This document shows positions 37,797-47,000 of a stretch of 64,000 nucleotides of DNA, piece by piece. The notes beneath the pieces were generated by a model. The model was not told the origin of the DNA. It saw only the letters and a list, made by a program, of their open reading frames with translations, and ran no database searches. This DNA comes from an uncultured Acidobacteriaceae bacterium (GTDB taxonomy: Bacteria; Acidobacteriota; Terriglobia; Terriglobales; Acidobacteriaceae). A program made the translations under genes and the position numbers. Where the stretch lies: the NCBI GenBank assembly GCA_963821995.1, contig CAWGFZ010000001.1:183897-247896 (forward strand), given 5' to 3'. The stretch's first letter is position 1. The number at the start of each line of letters is the position of its first letter.

Positions 37797-38681
37797 TCAC
37801 TTCTTTCTCTCCACCAGAAAATGCGCGATCTCGCGCAGGGGCGCAGCGCGGCCGCCGAAGGTATCCAATGCGGCAGAAGCTTTGGCAACCAATCCATCCG
37901 CCATCTTGAGCGATTCGTCGATGCCAAACAGCCCGGGGTAAGTAGCTTTCTCCGTCGCGGTGTCTTTGCCGGCAGTCTTGCCCAGTTGCTCCGATGTCTG
38001 GGTCACGTCGAGCACGTCGTCGACAATCTGGAATGCAAGGCCAATATTTTGTCCGAACACGCGCAGGCTGCGAATCTGCCACTCGCTCGCTCCGGCATAG
38101 ATGCCGCCAGTCACTACGCTGGCAGTCAGTAGCGCACCCGTTTTTGATCGATGGATATATTCCAGCGTCGCGGCGTCGGGGCGGGTATGTTCAGCCTCCA
38201 GATCCATTACCTGGCCGCCGATCATGCCGTCAATCGTGCCCGTGGCATGCGCGATTTCTGAGATGATGGCCACGCGGGCCACGGCCGGGCAAAGCAGATT
38301 GGCCAGCACCTCGTAGGCATAGGTCTGCAAGCCATCGCCGGCGAGGACGGCCGTCGCCTCGCCGAAAGCTTTATGGCATGTGGGGCGCCCGCGGCGCAGA
38401 TCGTCATTGTCGAGCGCGGGCAGGTCGTCGTGAATGAGCGAGTAGGTGTGCAGCATCTCCAACGCGGCGCCGAGCTCTTCGATGCCGGTGGGAACGCAGC
38501 CTGCGACCATTTGCGCCGACTCCATGCAGAGAATCGGCCGCAGACGCTTGCCTCCGGCAAAGACGCTGTGACGCATGGCCTGATGGATGGAAGAGGGATA
38601 CTGATCGGCTGCCGGAAGCAGGCGTTCAAGAGCTTTGTCGGTTATACTTCGACCCTGTTGGAGAATGTCTTTCAGCATCAA
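37797..38681 (-). CDS. ispA: Polyprenyl (farnesyl/geranylgeranyl) diphosphate synthase
   Basis: 294 aa; first Asp-rich motif LIHDDLPALDNDDLRRG, second FQIVDDVLD, and GKTAGKD. Confidence 0.92.
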   Translation of the reverse strand: MMLKDILQQGRSITDKALERLLPAADQYPSSIHQAMRHSVFAGGKRLRPILCMESAQMVAGCVPTGIEELGAALEMLHTYSLIHDDLPALDNDDLRRGRPTCHKAFGEATAVLAGDGLQTYAYEVLANLLCPAVARVAIISEIAHATGTIDGMIGGQVMDLEAEHTRPDAATLEYIHRSKTGALLTASVVTGGIYAGASEWQIRSLRVFGQNIGLAFQIVDDVLDVTQTSEQLGKTAGKDTATEKATYPGLFGIDESLKMADGLVAKASAALDTFGGRAAPLREIAHFLVERKK

Positions 38682-38866
38682 GACCGCAGTATAACAACGG
38701 CGCTTCTCCGCCAGGTTCTTCGGCGGCTTGGCAGCTTCCAGAGTTATGGAAATCCAAAGCGATACGTCGTGATTTGAAACCAGTAAACTGCTAAGATGCT
38801 TCAGGCTTGTTCGTAGCGTTACCGGCTACGGCGCTTTCCATCACGAAACTCTTCGGAGACGAGCTT

Positions 38867-39253
38867 ATGAAAACGGCGGGATTTCTGGTACTTGTAGCTG
38901 CATTCTGTGTGGGCACGGCCGTAGCCCAGGACAACTCCTCGTCGTCGCAATCCGGTGCCAAGCAGGACATGAAAGACGCCGGCCACGCGACTAAGACCGC
39001 GGCCAAAGACACCGGGCACGCCACCAAGACCGCGGCGAAAGACACCGGTCATGCGACCAAGACAGGTGCCAAGGACGTCGGTCACGATACCAAGACCGCC
39101 GGTAAGGACGTCGGCCATGGAACCAAAACCGCCGCGAAGGATACCGGCCATGCCGCCGACACGGCCGGCAAAGACGTGGGCCATGGAACCAAGAAGATCT
39201 TTCACGGCGACTCTTCCAAGAAGCCGGCCGACAAAACCGCTCCTCAGCAGTAG
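38867..39253 (+). CDS. Exported His-containing 11-residue-repeat protein (KDxGHxTKTAx)x7
   Basis: Start at ATG 38867 (GGAG RBS); signal peptide MKTAGFLVLVAAFCVGTAVAQ. Seven consecutive 11-aa units follow: KDAGHATKTAA KDTGHATKTAA KDTGHATKTGA KDVGHDTKTAG KDVGHGTKTAA KDTGHAADTAG KDVGHGTKK. Confidence 0.7.
   Translation: MKTAGFLVLVAAFCVGTAVAQDNSSSSQSGAKQDMKDAGHATKTAAKDTGHATKTAAKDTGHATKTGAKDVGHDTKTAGKDVGHGTKTAAKDTGHAADTAGKDVGHGTKKIFHGDSSKKPADKTAPQQ
38972..39196 (+). repeat. 33-nt in-frame tandem repeat (about 7 units) inside 38867-39253
   Basis: AAAGACACCGGGCACGCCACCAAGACCGCGGCG-type units. They differ mostly at synonymous positions. Confidence 0.85.
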
Positions 39254-39344
39254 CGCCGAATGTGCGCCATGTCCGCCTGCCTTGTGACGTACGCCACAGA
39301 CCGCATGTACATGGCCTCCGCAGAATCGAAAGCGGAGGATCCCC

Positions 39345-40247
39345 GTGTACGACATTGTGGAAGCGCGTCCGTTGGCGCGCGGTATCAAGCTATTTGTCAT
39401 CAAGGCGCCCCGAATTGCCCGCAAGCAGAAGCCAGGACAGTTCGTGATCGTACGGCTGGACGATTGCGGTGAGCGCATCCCGCTGACCCTGGCCGATGCC
39501 AATCCCGAAGCCGGCACCATTACCATCGTCGTCCAAGCCATCGGCAAGACCACCATGCTGCTCAACATGCTTGAGACCGGGGACAAGATCCTCGACGTGG
39601 TCGGCCCGCTCGGCAAGCCGTCAGAAATCGAAAACTTTGGCACCGCCGTGGTGGTGAGCGGCAGCGTCGGCACCGCGATGGCCTATCCGACCGCTCGCGA
39701 ACTGAAGCGTGCCGGGAACAAAGTGATCTCCATTGTCGGCGCCCGCAGCAAAGAGCTGATGGTGCTGGAAGATGAAGTACGCGCGGTAAGTGACGAAACC
39801 TACGTAGTGACCGATGACGGCAGCTACGGCGACAAAGGCCTGGTCACCGACAAGCTGAAGCAGGTGATGGCGGAGAAGAAGCTGGATTACGTGCTGGCCT
39901 GCGGGCCGGTGCCAATGATGCGCGCCGTCGCCAACATGACCGGCCCGGAGAAGATCAAGACCATCGTCAGCCTGAACTCGATCATGGTCGACGGCACCGG
40001 AATGTGCGGCGGCTGCCGCGTGCTGGTCAACAATAGCAGCCAATTCGCCTGCGTGGACGGTCCCGAGTTCGACGCTACTCAGGTCAACTTCGAGGTGCTG
40101 ACGCAGCGCAACAACATGTATCGCGAGCAGGAAAAGGTCAGCATCGATCGGTTGCAGGCTGACCCGCAAGGCGAGCTGGAAAAGCTTCGCCGCAAGAACC
40201 ATACGCATGAATGTGCGCTTGCAGGGGTGGGGGTGAGCAATGAGTGA
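39345..40247 (+). CDS. nfnA: FAD/NAD(P)-binding ferredoxin-reductase-like subunit with C-terminal 2Fe-2S site (NfnA / sulfide dehydrogenase small-subunit type)
   Basis: 300 aa, GTG start with GGAGG RBS. PGQFVIVR..E.GERIPLT, GPLG.P, and the cluster motif DGTGMCGGCRV......FACVDGPEF. Confidence 0.65.
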   Translation: MYDIVEARPLARGIKLFVIKAPRIARKQKPGQFVIVRLDDCGERIPLTLADANPEAGTITIVVQAIGKTTMLLNMLETGDKILDVVGPLGKPSEIENFGTAVVVSGSVGTAMAYPTARELKRAGNKVISIVGARSKELMVLEDEVRAVSDETYVVTDDGSYGDKGLVTDKLKQVMAEKKLDYVLACGPVPMMRAVANMTGPEKIKTIVSLNSIMVDGTGMCGGCRVLVNNSSQFACVDGPEFDATQVNFEVLTQRNNMYREQEKVSIDRLQADPQGELEKLRRKNHTHECALAGVGVSNE

Positions 40248-41703
40248 TGCGACGCAGACCAAGGTGAGCAACAACCCGCTGCCCAATAAGGAGCGCGTAA
40301 AACTGCCGCGTCAGCGCGTGCCCGAGCAGGAACCACAGGTGCGCGCGCACAATTTTCAGGAAGTGAATTTGGGATTTCCAGCCGAGCAGGCGCGACAGGA
40401 ATCGCTGCGCTGCATCGAGTGCCCTAAGCCGGGATGTGTCGCGAAGTGTCCAGTTTCGGTGGACGTACGCGCAGTCATCGATCTGATTCTGGCTGGAGAC
40501 TATCTCGGCGCCGCCTCTAAAGTGCGCGAAGACAATGCGCTGCCTGCCATTACTGGTCGCGTCTGCCCGGTTGAGGACCAATGCGAGTCCGGCTGCGTGC
40601 TCGGCAAGAAAGGCGAGCCGGTCGGCATCGCTTATCTGGAGCGCTTTGTCGCCGATTGGGAGCGCGAAACCGGCTCCTTCGGCGTGCCCAAATCTGCTCC
40701 CGCGACCGGCAAGAAAGTCGGCATCGTCGGCAGCGGTCCGGCCGCGCTGGCCTGTGCCGGCGACCTCATCCAAATGGGACACCAGGTCCATGTGTTTGAA
40801 GCGCTGCATGAGCTCGGTGGGGTGCTGGTGTATGGCATTCCCGAGTTCCGCCTCCCGAAAGAAATTGTGCGCCACGAGATCGACGTGCTGCGCCGCCGCG
40901 GTGTGGAGTTCGAGACGAACGTTGTGGTCGGCAAGACGGTGACGATCGACGAACTGATGAACGACGAAGGCTACAATGCCTTGTTCGTCGCCACCGGCGC
41001 TGGCCTGCCGCGGTTCCTGAATGTTCCGGGCGAACACCTCAATGGGGTCTATTCAGCCAACGAATTCCTCACCCGCGTCAACCTGATGCGCGCCTACCGC
41101 TTCCCTGAATTCGATGAGCCGATTTATCCATGCAAGGGCCGGGACGTAATCGTCGTGGGCGGCGGTAATACTGCCATGGATGCGGTGCGCAGCGCGTTGC
41201 GCCTGGGTGCGCGCAGTGCCAGCATCTACTATCGCCGCACTGAAATCGAGATGCCCGCCCGTGTGGAAGAGGTTCATCACGCCAAAGACGAAGGCGTGCA
41301 CTTCGAGATGCTGGTGAATCCGGTCGAATTCTTTGGTGACGAAAAAGGCAATCTGACTACGGTGCGCTGCATTCGCCAGGAACTCGGAGAACCCGATGAT
41401 TCGGGTCGGCGCAGCCCGGTGCCGATCAAGGGCTCGGAGTTCGATACGCCATGTTCGGTGGCCATCATCGCCGCAGGAACAAGCGCCAACCCGCTCATCC
41501 AGTCCACAACGCCCGGCTTGGCGGTAACTAAGCGCGGCTACATCTCAGCCGACGATAGTCTGGCCACCTCAAAGCCAGGCGTCTTCGCGGGCGGCGACAT
41601 CGTAACCGGAGGCGCGACGGTAATTCTCGCCATGGGCGCAGGCCGAAAAGCCGCGAAGTCCATTGATGGATACTTGAAAGGCGCGGCACAAGAGACTAAC
41701 TAG
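40240..41703 (+). CDS. nfnB: GltD-like NADPH-dependent oxidoreductase (glutamate synthase small-chain homolog / NfnB type)
   Basis: 487 aa; overlaps the upstream stop by 8 nt. RCIEC..P.C...CPV (Fe-S), VGIVGSGPAALACAGDL (dinucleotide fold), VVGGGNTAMD, and VFAGGD.VTG.ATVI.AMG.G..AA. Confidence 0.7.
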   Translation: MSDATQTKVSNNPLPNKERVKLPRQRVPEQEPQVRAHNFQEVNLGFPAEQARQESLRCIECPKPGCVAKCPVSVDVRAVIDLILAGDYLGAASKVREDNALPAITGRVCPVEDQCESGCVLGKKGEPVGIAYLERFVADWERETGSFGVPKSAPATGKKVGIVGSGPAALACAGDLIQMGHQVHVFEALHELGGVLVYGIPEFRLPKEIVRHEIDVLRRRGVEFETNVVVGKTVTIDELMNDEGYNALFVATGAGLPRFLNVPGEHLNGVYSANEFLTRVNLMRAYRFPEFDEPIYPCKGRDVIVVGGGNTAMDAVRSALRLGARSASIYYRRTEIEMPARVEEVHHAKDEGVHFEMLVNPVEFFGDEKGNLTTVRCIRQELGEPDDSGRRSPVPIKGSEFDTPCSVAIIAAGTSANPLIQSTTPGLAVTKRGYISADDSLATSKPGVFAGGDIVTGGATVILAMGAGRKAAKSIDGYLKGAAQETN

Positions 41704-41735
41704 AGCGTTTCCCGAGTTGCTGTACCCCGGGGTCG

Positions 41736-41867
41736 GGTAGAGCGGCGCTTCAGCGCCGCGTCGAGGGGGGCTCTCTTCGTCAGGCTTTCCGCCCACTGCA
41801 GCGCAGTGGGCGGAAAGCCCAGACTTCGGGGTGCGGCTTGGACGCGGACCTGAAGGTCCGCTCTACC
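41736..41867. repeat. Inverted pair of GGTAGAGCGG..CTTCAG..CGC modules flanking a 37-nt palindrome
   Basis: GGTAGAGCGGCGCTTCAGCGCCGC (41736-59) and its inverted copy GCGGACCTGAAGGTCCGCTCTACC (41844-67). Centre: GGCTTTCCGCCCACTGC-AGC-GCAGTGGGCGGAAAGCC (41783-41819). Confidence 0.8.
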
Positions 41868-42086
41868 TGGATACACCAAATCTGGAACCGCTCTAATTAC
41901 ACTGTTCTACGCTTCAGACGAGACAGCTTGGCGGGATCGCCTGGGTGCCCCGTTCTAGCCTTGCTTTGGCTAGAGCCTGCCCTGAGCGGAGCCGAAGGGG
42001 CGGGGCAGTTCTGTATTACGGCGTTAATCTCCCATCTATGCGCTGGCGGCATTCCGGACAACCCAGATGCGCCGTGCAACTGGTCG

Positions 42087-42851
42087 CTACAAGGCCCGTG
42101 GCGGTGGAGGTGGGTAATTGTTCTCCGCCAGTTGCCTCTCGGCCTCGCGCAGCGCCTGCTGCGGATCGCGGCCCGTTACAGCCTTGTACCACGCAGGATG
42201 GTGCGTCCACCCCCAGGCTTCCGGGACAGTGCCGCGCGTCATCGCCTGGATCGTTCCCGGCTCGCCGAAGGTGCTGAGGTAGATGTGGAAGAAGATTCCG
42301 AACAACATGATCAGCGCGGAGATGTCGTGAATCACGTAGGAGATGGAAACCAGGATTCGTCCGAAAGTGTGGGGAAACCACATGATCACGCCAGTGATCA
42401 GGTACGCGATCGACCCGCAGACGATCTCCCAGAACTGCAGTTTCTGGCCGGCGTTGAAGAAACCGGTTTCGGGAGACTCTACGGAGTCGGTGCGGGTGAT
42501 GTAACTCTTGATGTGTTTCATCCAGCGCGAGTCGGCGTCGGTCCAGCGCATCACCGGCAGCCAGTTGATAGCTTGCAATGCGAAAAAGAAGACGAAGCCG
42601 AGCCCGAACCAGGGATGCAGAAAGCGCGTCATCGCTCCACCGCCGAACAGTGGCGTGAAGAAGCGGAAGATCCACGGCAGGTAGATACCGAATCCCGAAA
42701 GCAGCGCCAGGAAGAAAAAGATCCCAACCATCCAGTGCAGGAAGCGCGTGTACACCGGGTGACGCAGAAGCTCGCCTTTATAAACAACAGTCTGGCCGAG
42801 ATGGTCGATGGCGTTGGGCCGATGCTGGAATACGTTGGTTGAACTGGCCAT
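42087..42851 (-). CDS. fdnI: Formate dehydrogenase-N gamma subunit (cytochrome b556)
   Basis: 254 aa; four TM helices with the FdnI-type RFLHW.. start and conserved His residues. Starts directly after the fdnH stop. Confidence 0.85.
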   Translation of the reverse strand: MASSTNVFQHRPNAIDHLGQTVVYKGELLRHPVYTRFLHWMVGIFFFLALLSGFGIYLPWIFRFFTPLFGGGAMTRFLHPWFGLGFVFFFALQAINWLPVMRWTDADSRWMKHIKSYITRTDSVESPETGFFNAGQKLQFWEIVCGSIAYLITGVIMWFPHTFGRILVSISYVIHDISALIMLFGIFFHIYLSTFGEPGTIQAMTRGTVPEAWGWTHHPAWYKAVTGRDPQQALREAERQLAENNYPPPPPRAL

Positions 42852-43787
42852 CTAATTCTCCTTCCCGGGTGCCGCAGCAGAGGATGGCGGCGGAGGCGGT
42901 ACGATCGTCTTGACCGGCGGTGTGGGCTGCATCCGCCGCGGGCCCTCGAAGACATAGTGCATCACAACGCCCACAAAGCCCAGCATTGCGCCGAACAGGC
43001 CAATGGGTTTGAAGATGTCCTTCCAAACGGTAAATGCCAGCGGAATGCGCGGCTCCTTGGGAAGGTTGCCGTATGCCTCAGGCTTCTCAATGTTGTGCAG
43101 AACGTAAATGACGCTGGTGCCGCCGATGCTGTCGGGATCGTACACGCCGGCATTCTTGAAGCCGTAAACATCGCGCAGTTGCCCGGCTCGTTTCTCGGCG
43201 AGGAACTTCATGTCATCCTTCGTGCCGAAGTGCAGACATCCCGTAGGACACGACTTGATGCAGGCCGGCTCCAGCCCTGCTCCCACGCGGTCAGAGCAGA
43301 GTGTGCACTTGTAAACTTTCTTCGTGCTCTCGTTGTACTTCGGGATATTGAACGGACAGCCGGAGACGCAGAACTGACAGCCGATACAGTTTTCCTGGCG
43401 GAAGTCGACGATGCCGTTGGAGTACTGGACAATCGCGCCGTCAGCCGGACAGGCGCGCAGGCAGCCGGGATCGGCGCAATGCATGCATTGATGCTTGCGC
43501 ATCAGCCAGGCGAAGCTGCCGTCCTCGTGTTCGTCCTCGTTGAACTTGATGAGGTTCCAGTAGTTCCAATCGGTGTCGGGCATTGTCTGGTAGGTGTTGT
43601 CGAAGTGCGTGGTCTGGAACGGCATGTCATTCCATTCCACGCAGGCCACCTCGCAGGCCTTGCAGCCGATGCATGTGGTGGTGTCGATCAGCTTGCAGAC
43701 TTTGTCCTGCCGCTGTGTTCCTTCTCCAGGCACCGGCCCGGGATGGGCCGAGATTTGCTGAATTCGTAGTGTTCCGCGATCGCTCAT
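42852..43787 (-). CDS. fdnH: Formate dehydrogenase-N iron-sulfur (beta) subunit
   Basis: Start at ATG 43787. Four 4Fe-4S motifs (CIGCKACEVAC, CMHCADPGC, CIGCQFCVSGC, CTLC..R) and a C-terminal TM anchor (IGLFGAMLGFVGVVMHYVF). Confidence 0.9.
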   Translation of the reverse strand: MSDRGTLRIQQISAHPGPVPGEGTQRQDKVCKLIDTTTCIGCKACEVACVEWNDMPFQTTHFDNTYQTMPDTDWNYWNLIKFNEDEHEDGSFAWLMRKHQCMHCADPGCLRACPADGAIVQYSNGIVDFRQENCIGCQFCVSGCPFNIPKYNESTKKVYKCTLCSDRVGAGLEPACIKSCPTGCLHFGTKDDMKFLAEKRAGQLRDVYGFKNAGVYDPDSIGGTSVIYVLHNIEKPEAYGNLPKEPRIPLAFTVWKDIFKPIGLFGAMLGFVGVVMHYVFEGPRRMQPTPPVKTIVPPPPPSSAAAPGKEN

Positions 43788-43855
43788 CACATGCCTCTTG
43801 TTGGCGCACCGTTCGACCCCGCGCAGGGCAGCGTCTTGCGGTGCCATTTACAAGC

Positions 43856-44049
43856 TTTGAAGGGGCACGCCTTCAGGCGTGCCGAACAGCGCACCCCGTT
43901 GTCATCCCGACCGAGCGGCTTGAGCCGCGAGCGGAGGGACCTGCTTTCCTCACGCGAACCGCAGATCCCTCGGCTCGGACTAAAGTCCTCGCTCGGGACG
44001 ACAAAGGAAAAACAAACAGCGTCGGCACGGCTGAAGCCGTGCCCTTTCA
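43856..44049. repeat. MITE-like composite repeat in the fdnG-fdnH intercistronic spacer
   Basis: Ends are inverted copies of one ~30-nt module: TTGAAGGGGCACGCCTTCAGGCGTGCCGAA (left) and TCGGCACGGCTGAAGCCGTGCCCTTTCAA (right). The interior carries GTCATCCCGACCGAGCGGCTTGAGCCGCGAGCGGAGGGACCTGC. Confidence 0.75.
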
Positions 44050-44053
44050 AAAC

Positions 44054-47000
44054 TCACACCTTCTCCAACTTCACCAAAAATCCCTTGAATTCCGGCGTGT
44101 AAGCATTGGGATCAATGACCGTCGGCGTCAGCCGGTTCGCCGGCATCTTCGAGGTTCGGCCTTCATCTTCGGAAATTCCGCGATAGCCCCAGTGAATGGG
44201 GACGCCGATCTGGTACAGCTTTTTGCCATCGACCATCATCGGCTTGATGCGCTTGGTCACCATTGCCTTGGCGATGTAGTCGGTCCGTGCGCTGGTGACC
44301 TTCAGCTTCTCGCCGCCGCGAATGCCCATCTGGTCAGCCAGTTCGGCCGGTACCTCGATGAACGGCTCCGGCACCAGTTCGACATTCATCGGATTGTTCT
44401 TCGTCCAGTAGTGATAGTGCTCGGTGATCCGATATGTGGTGCAGATGATGTTGTAGCCTTCTTGCACCGTGCCGTACTTGTCCATGGGCGTCTTGAACTT
44501 CTTCACCACCGGATTGTTGGACTGGTTCGGGTGCAGCGGATTGGCGATGGGGCCCTCGATGGGCTCGTAGTGTTCCGGGAACGGCCCGTCGGCCATCGCG
44601 CCGAGCGGAACGAAAATCCGCCCGACTCCCTCCGGGATCATGATGAATGGCCCCATGTGCTCTTCCGGCTTGGAGTCGGGCTTGAAGTCGGGAACGTCAT
44701 TGCCCACCCACTTCTCCGCGGTTTCGTTCCACCAGACCTGTTTGCGGCTGGGATCCCATGGCTTGCCGGTGAGATCGCACGACGCGCGGTTGTAGAGCAC
44801 GCGCCGGTTCATTGGCCACGACCATCCCCAGTTGGGATAAATGCCCAACCCTGACGGATCCTCCGTGCCACGCCGCTGCATCATCGGCCCGGCCTCTGTC
44901 CACGAGCCGCAATACAGCCAGTTGCCGCACATGGTGGAACCGTCGTCGCGCAGCATGCCGAAGCCCGGCAGTTGCTGCCCGGCCTTGAGAGACGTCTTGG
45001 TCTTCTCGTCCTCAATGTCGGCCACAGCCTTGCCGTTGATCTCCTTTGCCACTTCGGCCAGCGAGGGGCTGGTCGGGAGGGTGTATGTCCACGAGGCGTT
45101 CACGATGGGGTCGGGGAACTTGCCGCCCTCCTTCTTGTAGAGCTCGCGAACCTTGAGAAAGATTTGCGCCAGGATGTCCTGATCGAGTCGGCACTGGCCC
45201 GGCGGCGGCAGCGCAACGTGCTTCCACTGCAGCCAGCGCGCGGAGTTCACGAAGGTCCCGTCTTTTTCGGCGAAGCCTGCGCCCGGCAGGCGGTACACGG
45301 TCGTCGGGATCTGCTTCATCTCCTCGGGCGTGGTGCCAGGCGCCTCCCAGAAGGCGCTGGTCTCATCGGGATAGATCTCGCAGACCACGAGAAAATCGGC
45401 CTTCTTCAGCGCGTCGATGTTTTTCTGCGTATCCGGGCCGATCATCACGCCGTTCATGCCGAATGCGAAAACGCCCTTGACCTGCCCGTTGTACATGTCG
45501 TTCCAGTTTTCGACCCAGGAGTACTTGCGATCGATCTTCGGCAGGTAGTTAAAAGCGAAATCATTCTCTTTCGTGGCCGTGTTGCCGTACATGGCCTTCA
45601 GGAACGAGACCATGAACTTGGGCGTGTTCGACCAGTAATTAAACGATTCCCAGTCGCCCGGCTTCGCCGGCTTGGGCGTGGTGCGTGCGAGGAAAGTCTT
45701 CAGATCTTTATCCGCAGGGGTGGGCATTTTCAGATATCCCGGAAGGATGTCGAAGATGCCGGCCATATCGGTTGCGCCCTGGATGTTGGAGTGCCCGCGT
45801 AGGGCGTTGACGCCGCCGCCCGCGCGTCCGACATTGCCCATCAGCAACTGCAGCATCGCCGCAGTGCGGATGATCTGCGTGCCGTAGCTATGCTGCGTCC
45901 AGCCGACTGCGTAGATGATGGTCCCGACTTTCTTTGTGTCTCCATCCTTGCGGATGGAGGTGTACATGTCGGCGGCCTTCAGGAACTGGTCTTTGGGTAT
46001 GCCGGTGATGCGCTCCACCATCTCCGGCGTGTAGCGTGAGTACTGCTGCTTCAGGAGTTGATAGACGCAGCGGGGGTGCTGCAGCGAGAGGTCGTAGGCG
46101 ACCTTCTCCGGCATCGAGGGAGGCGGGATGGGTCCGCCGCCTATCGCCTTCGCGCCCGCAGGTCCTTGTGGCTGATAACCCTGGCCTTCGGGACCGTGAT
46201 GCGTCACGCTGCCTTCTTTGGCACGAGGCACGCTGCCTTGCGGCTCGTGGCCTTTGGGCGCTCCTTCGGTCGCAGGAGTGCCGGCCGCGACGAGTTTGCC
46301 CGTCTCGTTACCGCCTTCCTGGTAATTCCAGGTGCTCTTGTCGTAGGTCTTGGTATCGGCGTTGAAGCCGGAGAACAGCCCGTCCTCGGGAAGCTTGAAT
46401 CCTTCCTTGACGATGAAGGCGGCATTGGTGTAGTTGACGAGGTATTCGTGGGCGACGCGGTTGTTCTGAATCGCGTAGCTGATGACGCCGCCGAGAAATG
46501 CAATGTCGCTGCCGGCGCGAATCTGGCAGAACAGATCGGCCTGCGACGCGGTGCGGGTGAAGCGCGGATCGACCACGATCACACGAGCGTTGCGGTTGCG
46601 CTTGGCCTCGACTACCCACTTGAATCCGCAGGGATGGTTCTCGGCCGGATTGCCGCCCATGATCAACATCATGTCGGCATTCTTGATGTCGATCCAGCCG
46701 TTGGTCATCGCCCCGCGTCCGAAAGTTGGTCCCAAACTTGAGACCGTGGGGCCGTGTCAAACCCGCGCCTGGTTTTCCAGGCGCACCACCCCCATCGAAC
46801 GCATTGTCTTCACAACCAGGTAATTGAACTCGTTGGTATCGGTGCAGCCGCCGCTGAAGAAGAGCTGCTCGCAGCGGTTGACGGTATTGCCCTTCGCGTC
46901 GGTCTCCATGAAACTAGCGTCGCGAATGGTTTTCGTCTTGCGCGCGATCTCGTCAATGGCCTGGTCCCAGGAGATGTCTTCCCAGTGGTCCGAGCCCGGA

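Noticed and set aside
38819-39673. 284-aa minus-strand ORF overlapping the 11-mer repeat gene and the nfnA start
   Set aside because: It runs antisense to a tandem repeat (which keeps frames open) and to a well-supported gene. It has no RBS and no start context, and its composition is low-complexity.
46757-46759. TGA splitting fdnG read as a genuine stop (pseudogene or two-gene call)
   Set aside because: The codon lies exactly at the known Sec position of FdnG-type enzymes. The frame continues with highly conserved sequence, and a hairpin follows at SECIS distance.
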